DNA of 64,000 nt from Acidobacteriota bacterium (GTDB lineage: Bacteria; Acidobacteriota; CAIWXX01). The position numbers and the translations under genes were made by a program. The notes below the pieces were generated by a model that saw only the letters and a list, made by a program, of their open reading frames with translations, was not told where the DNA came from and ran no database searches. Below, piece after piece: positions 18,922 through 29,019 of the stretch (its first letter is position 1; every line of letters starts with the position of its first letter). The stretch spans positions 289,306-353,305 of the forward strand of contig JBFMAF010000032.1 of NCBI GenBank assembly GCA_040755995.1, written 5' to 3'.

Positions 18922-20241
18922 TCAGACGCCGAGAAGCTCGAGATATGCGCCCAGACGGTTTGCCGCCTGCTCCTCGGAGAACGCGCGCGGATCGCTGTGG
19001 TCGGCCTCCAGAAGCAGCGACGGCAGTCCGCACTCGCGCGCGAGCCGCGCGCACTGATCCACCTGCCCGATGGAGTAGGGCTTGCAGGAGCGGTCCGAGT
19101 GCAGGATGACGCCGTCGATCCCGTAGCGCTCCGCCAGCCGCTTCATCGTCGCGAGCTTGTGCCCTGTGCCGCGATTCAGAATCGGATGAAGGTACGTGCG
19201 CGCCGCGGACTCGAACGGGCGCTCCGGATCGATCATCGGCGCCAATTCGCCCCACGCGTTCGTGTACGTCGATGCAATGAGCGCCACACCGCGCCGGCCG
19301 AGCAGCTCCGCGAGGTACCGCAAGCGGTACCATATCGGAAGGTTGTCCCACAAGAGGCGCTTCTTCTCGTTCCGGACCGCGCCCACACCTCCGGCCACCC
19401 GATCATCCACCTCCTTCAGCATCCTCGAGTAGAAATCCACGGTGTAGGCTTCGCCGCGCATTTCGACGACGGGAGCCATGTGGATGAACTGATCGAAGGC
19501 CGAGATCGGCGCGGGCCGGTGGACGGCCCGGTCGAGAATCTGCATCCAGAGCTCGACGGCGTCGCGGCTGTGCCGCGTCACGTCTCTAAGCCGCCGCTCA
19601 TCTAGCGATTGTTTCGCAACCTGCTCGGCCACCGGCACCGACTCCTCCAGCTGCCGCCTGACGTATTCGATCGCGTGCTCCTGGGCTTCGCTGTAGATGA
19701 AGGGCGTATCGATCAGAATCAGCGGCACCTTCAGCCTGTCCGCCAACACCTGGTACCAGAACAGAACTGTCTGGCAGATGTTGGTGCACGCCACCAGAAG
19801 GTCGGGCCTGGGCAGACGCCCCGCAGGGGTTCTGCCGGAGAGCACCGAGCCGATGTCGGTCCGGGCGTACGAGCAGATGTCGCGCGAGTAGCCGGCTTTC
19901 TCTGCTTCGCCGCAGATCTCCTCGGCCACCCTCGTCGTCCCGCACACGGCTGCATGGTTCTCGGGGTAGAGAACGAAGAAGTCGAGCGCGCGGAGGAACT
20001 CCACGGGTGCGCCCGATGTCACCCAGGCGACTTTGCGCCGGAGGTTCGCGTACCGGCCTTGCAGGTAGTGGCTGAAGATCAGTTCCTTGGTGCGAGGAGT
20101 GATCCGGAGCGGTGGAGCCAGATCCGAGCTCCTTCGCGACCGATTGCCGCGGAGCTCCGCCCGCCACCGCCGGCCTCGCAGTGCGACCTTGCCAAACACG
20201 TTCACGTTCCAGTGGTAGGACACGAGGCCGCCGATGCTCAT
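18922..20241 (-). CDS. 2-hydroxyacyl-CoA dehydratase subunit (alpha-like)
   Basis: [39 protein letters not shown] overlap with the upstream subunit. Confidence 0.85.
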   Translation of the reverse strand: MSIGGLVSYHWNVNVFGKVALRGRRWRAELRGNRSRRSSDLAPPLRITPRTKELIFSHYLQGRYANLRRKVAWVTSGAPVEFLRALDFFVLYPENHAAVCGTTRVAEEICGEAEKAGYSRDICSYARTDIGSVLSGRTPAGRLPRPDLLVACTNICQTVLFWYQVLADRLKVPLILIDTPFIYSEAQEHAIEYVRRQLEESVPVAEQVAKQSLDERRLRDVTRHSRDAVELWMQILDRAVHRPAPISAFDQFIHMAPVVEMRGEAYTVDFYSRMLKEVDDRVAGGVGAVRNEKKRLLWDNLPIWYRLRYLAELLGRRGVALIASTYTNAWGELAPMIDPERPFESAARTYLHPILNRGTGHKLATMKRLAERYGIDGVILHSDRSCKPYSIGQVDQCARLARECGLPSLLLEADHSDPRAFSEEQAANRLGAYLELLGV

Positions 20242-21338
20242 CCGATCATCTCCAGAAACGCCTCCAGCCGCGTGAGCGCGCTCTGCGACAGGGGATCGGA
20301 GAGGTCCACTTCGAGGTTCAGCGTGCGGACACCGATCTCCTGCAGCCCGGTGCGCAGCGCCGGCAGCTGAAACAGCTCGGGTTCGCAGAACTTGATCGTG
20401 TAGAAGACGACTCCTCTGGCGCCGCTCGTGCCCGCGAGGCGCGCAAGGTGAGCGAGCCGGTCCTGGATGCTGCAGCCGCGCATCGGATCCGGCGGTCCCT
20501 GGATGATGCTCTCGGCCATCCGAACGAAGGGCTCCGAGCTCCGGCCGGCGGGGTAGAGCCTGCGGCCGCAGCAAGCGAAGTCGTCGGATGCGACCCTTCC
20601 ACCCATCTTCTCCAGGCTCCGGAGCATCTCCATCGGCTCTGGCACGATGCCTGACATGAGAACGGGTATGTCGTCACGACGGGGATAGCCGCCGGCCCGA
20701 GCGATGATCGTCTCTGCGAGCGCGCACAATCTGTCGGCCGGGAGAAACTCGCGCGAGCGCAACACGCGGTAGAGGTCATACTGCGACAGCGGGAGCTCCG
20801 TGCGCCGCTGATGCAGATCCGCCAGCCAGCGGTCGGCGGCCTCTTCCTGTTCGATGCATTCCATGAGGCGCGTCTCGGAGGGCGTGTACGCCGTGAGCTG
20901 CTCCAGGCGATTGGATAGCGAGCGAAGCTCGGAGGCCAGGAAAGTCAGATCGCTCGGGCGATTGCCGCGGGGCAGATAGATCGGATAGACGGGGCGGGCA
21001 GGGGTGATGAAGTCGATGAGGACGCTGGCCAGGCCCTGGAGCGAGTCGCATGTGTGAGGGACGATGATGAGATCGGCGACGTCGAGGCCTCCGCCGAGAA
21101 CGAACGCCAGGGCGTTCCTGGCGATCGAGCAGATGTAGGGCTGGAGGTGGGTGGCGGCGGATGAGGCGTCGATCTTCGGCGGCCCCCAAACTTCGACGGG
21201 CAGGATATCGAACGCCCGAAACAGCGCCCGCGGGTAGTGAATCGGAAGCACTGCCGCCACGCGGCCACCGCGACCCTTGAACTCGCGAATCACCTCGGCT
21301 CGGCGAGGGATGCTGACGGCATCGTTCGGCGTGCTCAT
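20238..21338 (-). CDS. 2-hydroxyacyl-CoA dehydratase subunit (beta-like)
   Basis: [38 protein letters not shown]. Confidence 0.85.
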   Translation of the reverse strand: MSTPNDAVSIPRRAEVIREFKGRGGRVAAVLPIHYPRALFRAFDILPVEVWGPPKIDASSAATHLQPYICSIARNALAFVLGGGLDVADLIIVPHTCDSLQGLASVLIDFITPARPVYPIYLPRGNRPSDLTFLASELRSLSNRLEQLTAYTPSETRLMECIEQEEAADRWLADLHQRRTELPLSQYDLYRVLRSREFLPADRLCALAETIIARAGGYPRRDDIPVLMSGIVPEPMEMLRSLEKMGGRVASDDFACCGRRLYPAGRSSEPFVRMAESIIQGPPDPMRGCSIQDRLAHLARLAGTSGARGVVFYTIKFCEPELFQLPALRTGLQEIGVRTLNLEVDLSDPLSQSALTRLEAFLEMIG

Positions 21339-21528
21339 CCGAGTGACTCAGGTTTGCGCCGTCGCAAGCCGGGAAATCGCCTGTTCATCTCGGCAGGACC
21401 ATATCAGCCCATGGGGTAGTGATGTCAAGCGCCCGCATTGCCCCGCATTGCGAGGCGAAGCAGGACCGGCGCTGCCCGTGCTGCCGCGCGTTGGTGCATA
21501 ATAGGTATGAGTCGAAGGTCGGTCGCTG

Positions 21529-23352
21529 GTGCACAAGGAACTGGTCGGCATCGCAGGAGTCGTTGGCAGGGATCCCTGTCCGAAGGTTGTCCAGGAGAGG
21601 CTGCCAACGGCGAGTCGTTTCGCGCGTCTCTCTCCAGACGGGCGGGCATGCTTCGTTCACGAGTCCCCCGCAGCCTCGAGCTCGGGCCTGGGCTCGGTGC
21701 AGCTGGCTTTCGACGGGCGGATATACAATCATGATGCGTTGCGGCGTGAGCTGGGGGAGCTCGGTCACGAATTCCGCTCCGACGACGATGCCGAGCTTGT
21801 CATTCGCGGTTACGCGCAGTGGGGAGAGGACGTACTGCGGCGGCTCAACGGGGTTTGGGCTTTCGCCCTGTATGATACCGACTCCAGGAATGCGTTTTGC
21901 GCGCGGGACCGCCTGGGCGTAAGGCCGTTCTACTGGCTGGATCGAGACGAACGGTTCCACTTTTCCTCGGAGATCAGGCCGTTGCTACAGCTGAGCCGTA
22001 CCCGCGCCTCTCCACACCGGCAGCGCGTCTGCGATTTTCTGACACATGGAGGGATGTTCGCTGAGGACGAGCACGAGACATTCTTCGAAGGAGTGCGCAA
22101 GCTCCCGCCTGGCTGCTGCATGCAGGTCGACGCCGGCGGCATGAAAGTCCGGCGGTGGTGGGATCCGGAACCTGGGCGTTCGCATGACAACCTCCGGGAT
22201 CCGGCAGCCCGTTTGCGTGAGCTGCTCGATGACGCAGTCAGGCTGAGGGTGGAGTGCGCAGCCCCGTGCGTTGTGGCGGCAAGCGGCGGTCTGGACTCAT
22301 CCGCGGCTTTGTTCCTTTCCCTCCCGTATACGCCCCTCACTCCATCTACCATCTCTCTCTGCCAGACGGTTCCCTTGTTCGATGAGCGCGAATTCATCAC
22401 CCTGGCTGTCCGGGAATCGAGGAGTCGAGGCACGTTCGTTCATCCTACGGCGGAGCGGATGACGGCAGATCTCCCCGAGCTTTGGCGGGCGCATGAAGAG
22501 CCGCTCCCATCGCCCTCGTCATACGGGCATTTCCTGTTGATCAAGGAGGCTGCAGCCCGGGGATTCAAGAACATAGTTTTCGGCCATGGGCTCGACGAGA
22601 TCGCCGCGGGGTACCCCGAGCACTACTCGTTCCATCTCGCAGATCTCCGACTTGCCGGAAAGGATGATGAGTTCGAACGCGAGATCGAGTTCTGGAAGAC
22701 GCTCTATTGGGGCACCAACGAGCTCTACGAGGATTTCTTCCTGAATCATGTCACTCCGTCCGGAACCTGGAACCGCGCTGGGCACGCGGCCGGGATCGAG
22801 GCGGCCTGCGAGCTGCTCACACCCGATTTCGCCGCACTCTGTCGAGAAATCCCGGACTTCCCGCGGCCTTATCCGACGCTGCTGAAGAACGCCCTGTACC
22901 GCGACCTCCGCTTCACCTCCCTACCCACGCTTCTCCGCATCGAAGCTGCGCATTGCCGGGAGCTCGGAGTCGAGAGCCATGCGCCGTTCCTTGACCACCG
23001 GGTGGTGGAATTCATCATGTCGCTGCCGGGAGAATGCCTGATCAGTGAAGGCCAGCCCAAGTGGATAGTCCGGCGCGCGTTGGAGGGCGTGCTTCCCGAG
23101 CCTCTGCGCTGCCGGGTGAACAAGACGGGCCTGAACGTTCCCCTACAGCAGTGGTACAAAGAGGCCCTGGGCGCGGCCTTGCGCAAGGAACTGGACTCGG
23201 GCATGCCAGCCTCACTCGGCATCTTCGACACCGAGAAGCTGCGCGCCGTCGCTTCACGTCCCAACCTCGATCAGCTGACACTCATCTGGCGCGCGGTGGC
23301 CGTGTCGAGCTGGTACGTGCATTTTGCAGAAGCAGGATCGACCTCATGGTAG
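21529..23352 (+). CDS. Asparagine synthase (AsnB)-like protein with degenerate glutaminase domain
   Basis: FDGRIYNH, LNGVWAFALYD, ARDRLGVRP, SGGLDSS, PFLDHRVVEF; no N-terminal Cys; start uncertain. Confidence 0.8.
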   Translation: MHKELVGIAGVVGRDPCPKVVQERLPTASRFARLSPDGRACFVHESPAASSSGLGSVQLAFDGRIYNHDALRRELGELGHEFRSDDDAELVIRGYAQWGEDVLRRLNGVWAFALYDTDSRNAFCARDRLGVRPFYWLDRDERFHFSSEIRPLLQLSRTRASPHRQRVCDFLTHGGMFAEDEHETFFEGVRKLPPGCCMQVDAGGMKVRRWWDPEPGRSHDNLRDPAARLRELLDDAVRLRVECAAPCVVAASGGLDSSAALFLSLPYTPLTPSTISLCQTVPLFDEREFITLAVRESRSRGTFVHPTAERMTADLPELWRAHEEPLPSPSSYGHFLLIKEAAARGFKNIVFGHGLDEIAAGYPEHYSFHLADLRLAGKDDEFEREIEFWKTLYWGTNELYEDFFLNHVTPSGTWNRAGHAAGIEAACELLTPDFAALCREIPDFPRPYPTLLKNALYRDLRFTSLPTLLRIEAAHCRELGVESHAPFLDHRVVEFIMSLPGECLISEGQPKWIVRRALEGVLPEPLRCRVNKTGLNVPLQQWYKEALGAALRKELDSGMPASLGIFDTEKLRAVASRPNLDQLTLIWRAVAVSSWYVHFAEAGSTSW

Positions 23353-23634
23353 GTCCGCGCAGACAAGCAATACCCAGCAGTGGATGCACGCTCTGAATCG
23401 AGGAGGCCGAAGCGTCGAGAGCGCCGCGGGAAGAGCAGCGCGCGTAGTCGGCATCGGCCCGTTCGTTTTGACGGCAGAGGCCGCAATAGCCCCGGGCTTT
23501 CGCGCCTCGTCCTCCTTCACTCCACCGTCTGAGTCGACACGAGCGCGCCGTCCCGCCTCGGCTCGGCGACGTAGGCGATCGCCCCTGCCGTAGCCGCCGC
23601 CGCGCCCCAGTCTCGCGATTGCAGCGAAGACCCC

Positions 23635-23675
23635 TTGACATGCAGCATGAACTATTCTATTATTCCATTGAATAG
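23635..23675 (+). promoter_or_regulatory. Sigma70 promoter with overlapping inverted repeat (probable ArsR operator)
   Basis: TTGACA-N17-TATTAT; CTATTC-N12-GAATAG palindrome at 23652-23675 straddles the -10. Confidence 0.75.
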
Positions 23676-23688
23676 GAGCATATAAGGC

Positions 23689-24366
23689 ATGCGAGGACGT
23701 GACTTCAAGGATGCGGTTTTCGGCCAGTTCGCTCTGATCGCGTCGGCCTTCGCCAGTCCCAAACGGATCGAGATCATCGACATCCTGGCGCAGGGCGAGC
23801 GCAACGTGGAGACTATCGCCGCTGAGAGCGGCCTCACGGTTGCGAATACCTCCCGGCATCTGCAGGTCCTCAAGGGCGCGCACCTCGTACTCTGGCGCAA
23901 GGAGGGTCTGCAGGTCTTCTACCGCCTGGCCGATCCGATGGTTCTGAGCGGATACCGCGCCCTGCGGGGGCTCGCCGAGGCACGCCTGGCCGAGGTTGAG
24001 CGGCTGGTATGCGACTACTTCTCGGGCACTGACGGATTGGAGCCGGTGGAGTCGACGGAGCTGCTCAGGCGCGTGCGCGACCGCGATGCGATCGTAATTG
24101 ACGTGCGCCCGCGGGAGGAGTACGAGGCGGGGCACGTCAGGGGAGCGCTGTCCATCCCGCTCTCCCAGCTCAAACAACGCCTGGCCGGCCTGCCCCGGGG
24201 AAAGCAGATCGTCGCCTACTGCCGCGGACCATACTGCGTCCTCGCGGCGGAGGCCGTGCGGCTGCTCCGAACGCGCGGCTTCGATGCCGTGCGGCTGAAA
24301 GAAGGATACCCGGAATGGCGCGATGCCGGCCTCCCGGTCGCATCCGGTCCTGCCGCATCGGCGTAG
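23689..24366 (+). CDS. ArsR/SmtB family regulator fused to a rhodanese domain
   Basis: ArsR wHTH (ANTSRHLQVL...VFYRL) plus DVRPREEYEAGHVRGA and YCRGPYC. Confidence 0.92.
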   Translation: MRGRDFKDAVFGQFALIASAFASPKRIEIIDILAQGERNVETIAAESGLTVANTSRHLQVLKGAHLVLWRKEGLQVFYRLADPMVLSGYRALRGLAEARLAEVERLVCDYFSGTDGLEPVESTELLRRVRDRDAIVIDVRPREEYEAGHVRGALSIPLSQLKQRLAGLPRGKQIVAYCRGPYCVLAAEAVRLLRTRGFDAVRLKEGYPEWRDAGLPVASGPAASA

Positions 24367-24384
24367 AGGAGGGAGGGCACGGCG

Positions 24385-24738
24385 ATGAGACTACTCGTGA
24401 TCCTCAACGATCCGCCGTACGGGACGGAGCGGTCCTACAACGGCCTGCGGCTCGCACTGAGCGTTCTGAAGAGCAGCGAAGAGACCGGCGTCACCGTATT
24501 CCTGATGGGGGACGCTGTCGCCGCGGCCAAGGCCGGACAACAGACCCCGACTGGATACTACAACATCGAGCGAATGCTGCGGGGCGTCCTGACCCGCCGG
24601 GGGGACGTCCTTCTTTGTGGAACGTGCATGGATGCCCGCGGCCTCCGCGACGAGGAGATCCTGGAAGGAGGTCGCCGGAGCACAATGGATGAGCTCACCG
24701 GGCTCACGACTACCGCCGACAAGGTTCTGGTTTTCTAA
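24385..24738 (+). CDS. DsrE/YchN family protein
   Basis: PYGTERSYNGLRLA, FLMGDAV, CGTCMDARG, ADKVLVF. Confidence 0.9.
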   Translation: MRLLVILNDPPYGTERSYNGLRLALSVLKSSEETGVTVFLMGDAVAAAKAGQQTPTGYYNIERMLRGVLTRRGDVLLCGTCMDARGLRDEEILEGGRRSTMDELTGLTTTADKVLVF

Positions 24739-24749
24739 AGGGAGAGACA

Positions 24750-25277
24750 ATGACAGAGCAGATAGTCCACTCGATACTACTCGCCCTGCACAACATCGCG
24801 CTGGTCGGCTGTGCCGCAGCGCCGTTCTACAACCGGGCGCTCGTCGTGAAACGCGGCCAGTACGGTCCGAGACTTCACTATGAGCTGGACAAGGTGGTGG
24901 AGGATACTCTGCAGGGCAACACACCATACTGCATCACCTTCATCATCACGCTTTTCGCGACCGGAATTGCGATGCCGCTCAACCACTACCTGTTCCAAGG
25001 ATCTCTTCGGACGACGAACACTGTGGTGCTGACGGCGCTGGCCGTCAAGCTGGTCGCCGTCTTTGCGATGGTGGGGATCATGTTGGTGATCTTCGGCCGG
25101 ATCAACCCGCGCCTTCGCGCGCTCTGGTCCCGCTTCGCCCCCGGCGTGAAGCCTGATGAGGTTGAGGAGAAGGAATTCTTCGCCCTTCGCTCCCGGCGAA
25201 AGGCACTCTGCGAGACCTGCCTCAAGTTCGCCGTGGTCGTTCTCGTGGCCAGCGCCTTTCTCGGGTTCGGGGCGTGA
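24750..25277 (+). CDS. Hypothetical membrane protein (about 4 TM)
   Basis: RBS GGGAGAG, in-operon position, four hydrophobic segments, CETC near the C-terminus. Confidence 0.75.
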   Translation: MTEQIVHSILLALHNIALVGCAAAPFYNRALVVKRGQYGPRLHYELDKVVEDTLQGNTPYCITFIITLFATGIAMPLNHYLFQGSLRTTNTVVLTALAVKLVAVFAMVGIMLVIFGRINPRLRALWSRFAPGVKPDEVEEKEFFALRSRRKALCETCLKFAVVVLVASAFLGFGA

Positions 25278-25303
25278 GGATGAAGTCGAATATGGAGGAT
25301 GCA

Positions 25304-25831
25304 GTGAAACCTAACAACGTGAACATGACAGGGATGATGGCCTTCGTCGAGCAGGCCAAGAGCGACCCGGCGGTGCTGAAGAAGCAGAAGCGGGTCGATG
25401 GCGTTTGGAACCTGGCGGAAGGGCAGCCGCAATTTGCGGCGACGCTCGCCTACCCGGCGGGCGAGAGAACGCTCGAGACCGACCTTCCGCCGTTCATGGG
25501 CGGCGCCGGTCTTGCGCCGGATCCCATCCAATATTGTCTCTTCGGCCTGGCGGCGTGTTTCGCAGGGACCTTCGTTTCGCTGGCCGCCATGGACGGCGTC
25601 ACGCTGTCGAGCCTGCGTGTCATCGCCGAGAATCAGCTCGATCTGACGCGCCCGATGGGGCTGGGAGACAAGCCGGTGGTCGAGAAGGTCACGCTGAGGC
25701 TGCTCGTCGAGTCTGACGCAGACGACGCGAGGCTTCAGGAGCTCGAGCGGCTGGCGCGCGAGCGCTGCCCCGGCGTCTACTGCCTGACGCAGCCGATTCC
25801 TCTCGAAACGCGCGTCGAGCGGCCCCGCTGA
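25304..25831 (+). CDS. OsmC family protein
   Basis: DLPPFMGG, PDPIQYCLFGLAACF, ERCPGVYC; RBS GGAGG before GTG 25304. Confidence 0.85.
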   Translation: MKPNNVNMTGMMAFVEQAKSDPAVLKKQKRVDGVWNLAEGQPQFAATLAYPAGERTLETDLPPFMGGAGLAPDPIQYCLFGLAACFAGTFVSLAAMDGVTLSSLRVIAENQLDLTRPMGLGDKPVVEKVTLRLLVESDADDARLQELERLARERCPGVYCLTQPIPLETRVERPR

Positions 25832-25898
25832 CGCCGCGTCTACGCGGGACAGCACGATGTCAGGCGCATAGGGACCAAAGAGCAGGAGTCAAAGCATC

Positions 25899-28208
25899 GT
25901 GATAGGTTTTTCTCTGGTGGAGTTTTCGGTGCGCCGCCCGAGGCTCGTCGTGGGTCTCGCCGCGACTCTCACTATCCTCTTCCTGCTACCGTTTCGAAAG
26001 ATCAGCACGGATACCAATCCGAAGAACATGCTGCCCCCGACCTCAGATGTGCGTCTGTCCAACGACGAGGTCGAGAAGACCTTCGGGCTCTACGAAGACA
26101 TGATCGTCGTCGGGATCCAGAACGACGCCGGCATTCTCAATGAGGCAACCCTGGGGAGGATACAGCGGATCACCGAGGAGACCCTCACGATCGAGGGCGT
26201 GGCGGCAAGGGACGTATCGAGTTTCACGACGATCGACAACGTGACGATCAGGGAGGGGACTCTGACGATCGAGCCCCTCATGCCCCAAACTCCCACAGAG
26301 GTAGCCCAGATCGAGTCACTCAGGGAGCAGCTTTTCGAGAACCCGTTGTTTCTCGGGCGCATCATCTCTCGCGACGCCAGGACGGCGGCCATCTACGTAC
26401 CGCTCGAAAAAGGGGCGAACGGCAAGGCGGTGGCCGATCGCATCCGTGAGATTGTGGCGAAGGAGAACGGCCCCGAGAGGTATTACATAGCCGGCGATCC
26501 GGTGGCGCGAGACACCTTCGGCGCAGTGATGTTCAAGCTGATGGCGATCTTCTCTCCGATTGCCGGCCTGATCATGTTCGTGGTGATGTTCGTGATGTTC
26601 CGCAATCTCGCGCTGCCCATGGTGATGATGGGCGCCGCGATGATCAGCATCATCTGGAGCATGGGCCTGGTGATTGCGCTGGGCTTCCCCATTCACATCA
26701 TGTCGTCGATGAGCCCGGTCTTCCTGATGGCCATCGCCACCGACAGCATCCACATCTTCAACGAGTTGTATTTTCGCCTTCGCGAAGGCAAAGACCGCCG
26801 CGTCGCCGTGCTCGAGACGATGCAGGCGGTCAGCAGGCCCGTCCGGTACACCGCGCTCGCGACCGCCGCCGGATTCGCTGCGCTCATGCTCATGAGCATC
26901 GTGCCGGTCAGGGTCTTCGGCGGTTTGATTGCTTTCGGCACGATAGCTCTCCGGTTGCTGAGCTTCAGTTTCATCCCCGCTGTGTTGATGCTGTTGGACG
27001 AAGGCCGGCTCCTCGGCACGTCGACGGGGGAGGACAGCGAGCGTGGGCCGGTGGCGAGGTGGCTGCGGGCACTTGGCGGGATCGGGGCATATCATCCGGC
27101 GGCCACAGTGATCGTGGCCGTGGTGCTGGCGGCCGGTTCCATTCTTGGAACCACCCGGATCGTGGTCAACAACAACATGGTCAAGTGGTTCAAGGAAGGG
27201 AGCGAGGTCAGGACGGCCGATGCGGTCATGAACAGGGCTTTGGGCGGCACCTCCCTTGGCTACGTCGTGGCGATCTCGGGTTCGCCTGAGGAGGAGCTCA
27301 TCAAGAACCCTGCGGCGATGCGCTACATCGAGGGTCTCCAGCGGGATCTCGAAAAGCTCCCGCTGGTCGGGAAAACAACGTCGGTCGTGGATTACGTGAA
27401 GAGAATCAACCGAGTCCTGCACGGCGACGATCCTGCGTACGATGTTGTGCCGGACTCCAAGGACCAGATCGGCCAATATCTGTTTCTCTTCTCGATGAGC
27501 GCGAAACCGGCCGATCTCGACAACGTGGTGGACTCGGCCTTCCAAAAGGCGAACATCTGGGTCCAGCTGAAGAGCTGGGACGCGGAAGCAATGCGCGAGG
27601 TCATCCGCCAGATGGAGGAGTACCAGAGATCGCATCACGCGGCGATGACCCTGAAGCCGGCGGGCATCGCCTACTTCAACCTCGTGTGGAACGACGAGGT
27701 CCTCTGGGACATGCTCCGAGGCTTTCTCCTTGCGCTCGTCGTGGTTTTCGGTATCCTCGCAATCAACTTCCGTTCGTTCAAGTGGGCGATCGTCGGATAC
27801 ACTCCGCTGCTTCTGACGGTGCTCTTCATCTACGGGGCCGTAGGGCTGATGAGAAAGGACTTCGACATGCCGATCTCCGTGCTCTCTTGCCTGTCGCTCG
27901 GCATGGCGGTCGACTTCTCGATCCATTTCATCAACCGGTTGAGGCAGCGGGTGGCGGAGGGGCCGGAGCCGCTCCCGGAAGCGTTGCTGTGGACAGCCGC
28001 CCGCCCCGGAAGGGGCATCATTCGGAACGCCCTTCTGTTTGCGCTCGCATTCTCGGTGATGATCTTCGCGCCGCTGACCCCATACGTCACCGTGGGCGCC
28101 TTCATCGCAAGCATGATGATGCTGAGCGCGTTGTTCTCTATCATCCTTCTTCCCGCGCTGATCGTACTGCTCCGGCGCCGGTTGTTTTCGTCACAGGAGG
28201 GATACTGA
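25899..28208 (+). CDS. MMPL/RND family transporter
   Basis: Two repeats of TM, periplasmic domain and 5 TMs; IATDSIHI and MAVDFSIHF. Confidence 0.9.
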   Translation: MIGFSLVEFSVRRPRLVVGLAATLTILFLLPFRKISTDTNPKNMLPPTSDVRLSNDEVEKTFGLYEDMIVVGIQNDAGILNEATLGRIQRITEETLTIEGVAARDVSSFTTIDNVTIREGTLTIEPLMPQTPTEVAQIESLREQLFENPLFLGRIISRDARTAAIYVPLEKGANGKAVADRIREIVAKENGPERYYIAGDPVARDTFGAVMFKLMAIFSPIAGLIMFVVMFVMFRNLALPMVMMGAAMISIIWSMGLVIALGFPIHIMSSMSPVFLMAIATDSIHIFNELYFRLREGKDRRVAVLETMQAVSRPVRYTALATAAGFAALMLMSIVPVRVFGGLIAFGTIALRLLSFSFIPAVLMLLDEGRLLGTSTGEDSERGPVARWLRALGGIGAYHPAATVIVAVVLAAGSILGTTRIVVNNNMVKWFKEGSEVRTADAVMNRALGGTSLGYVVAISGSPEEELIKNPAAMRYIEGLQRDLEKLPLVGKTTSVVDYVKRINRVLHGDDPAYDVVPDSKDQIGQYLFLFSMSAKPADLDNVVDSAFQKANIWVQLKSWDAEAMREVIRQMEEYQRSHHAAMTLKPAGIAYFNLVWNDEVLWDMLRGFLLALVVVFGILAINFRSFKWAIVGYTPLLLTVLFIYGAVGLMRKDFDMPISVLSCLSLGMAVDFSIHFINRLRQRVAEGPEPLPEALLWTAARPGRGIIRNALLFALAFSVMIFAPLTPYVTVGAFIASMMMLSALFSIILLPALIVLLRRRLFSSQEGY

Positions 28209-28209
28209 G

Positions 28210-29019
28210 ATGTCATTGACGAGGTTTCTCGGAGTTGTGTTCGCCGCAGCCGGCATGGCGACTGCCAGCGCCAGCCCGCTTGTTGCCGAGCCGCTAGATG
28301 CGACGGAGGTGGTGAACCGGATGCACAAGGCGTTCTTCTATCAGGGAGAGAGCCTGCGCGCCCGCGTCAAGATGACACTATCGAGCGCGGATGTGAAGCA
28401 GCGGATTCGCGAGCTCGTCATGCTGCGGCTCAACATGCCTCTGGCCGGCGAGCAGCGGTATTTCATGTATTTCCACTCTCCCGGGGACGTTCGAGGGATG
28501 AGCTTCCTGGTCTACAAGTACCCGGCCAAGGAAGACGATCGGTGGCTGTTCATTCCAGCGCTGAGCCTGGTGCAGCGCGTTGCCGCGAGAGATGCTGGTT
28601 CCAGCTTTGTCGGCTCTGACTTCACTTACGAGGATGTCTCCGGACGAGACTTGGAAGCCGACGAGCACAAACTGTTGCGGGAGGAGGACCACAAGGGCAA
28701 GCCCTGCTTTGTGATTGAGAGCGTGGCGAAAGGAGCCGCGTCGTACAAGAAAAGGATCTCATGGATCGACAAGAGCAGCTACCTCCCGCTCCGGGAGGAG
28801 TACTCCGACGTTCAGGGCAAGGTCTTCAAGGAATTCACCGCAGGTGAGATCCGCGAGGTCGAGGGCATTCCCACGATGATGACACGCACCATGAAGAGTC
28901 TCAAGACAGGACATCAGACGCTCGTGGAGTTCTCCGATGTGCGGTACCGCCTTGCGCTCAAGCCCGATGACTTCGGCGAGCGATCGTTGCGGAATCCACC
29001 CAATAGCTGGATCGAATGA
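28210..29019 (+). CDS. LolA-like (outer membrane lipoprotein-sorting) periplasmic protein
   Basis: Signal peptide; FHSPGDVRGMSFL, DDRWLFIPAL, SFVGSDFTYED. Confidence 0.88.
   Translation: MSLTRFLGVVFAAAGMATASASPLVAEPLDATEVVNRMHKAFFYQGESLRARVKMTLSSADVKQRIRELVMLRLNMPLAGEQRYFMYFHSPGDVRGMSFLVYKYPAKEDDRWLFIPALSLVQRVAARDAGSSFVGSDFTYEDVSGRDLEADEHKLLREEDHKGKPCFVIESVAKGAASYKKRISWIDKSSYLPLREEYSDVQGKVFKEFTAGEIREVEGIPTMMTRTMKSLKTGHQTLVEFSDVRYRLALKPDDFGERSLRNPPNSWIE

Noticed and set aside
21338..23690. Lasso peptide cluster around the AsnB-like gene
   Set aside because: No B1/B2 (RRE/protease) genes and no convincing precursor ORF nearby
24385..25831. Selenocysteine recoding in the DsrE or OsmC genes
   Set aside because: All expected catalytic positions are Cys codons and there is no in-frame TGA within the domains
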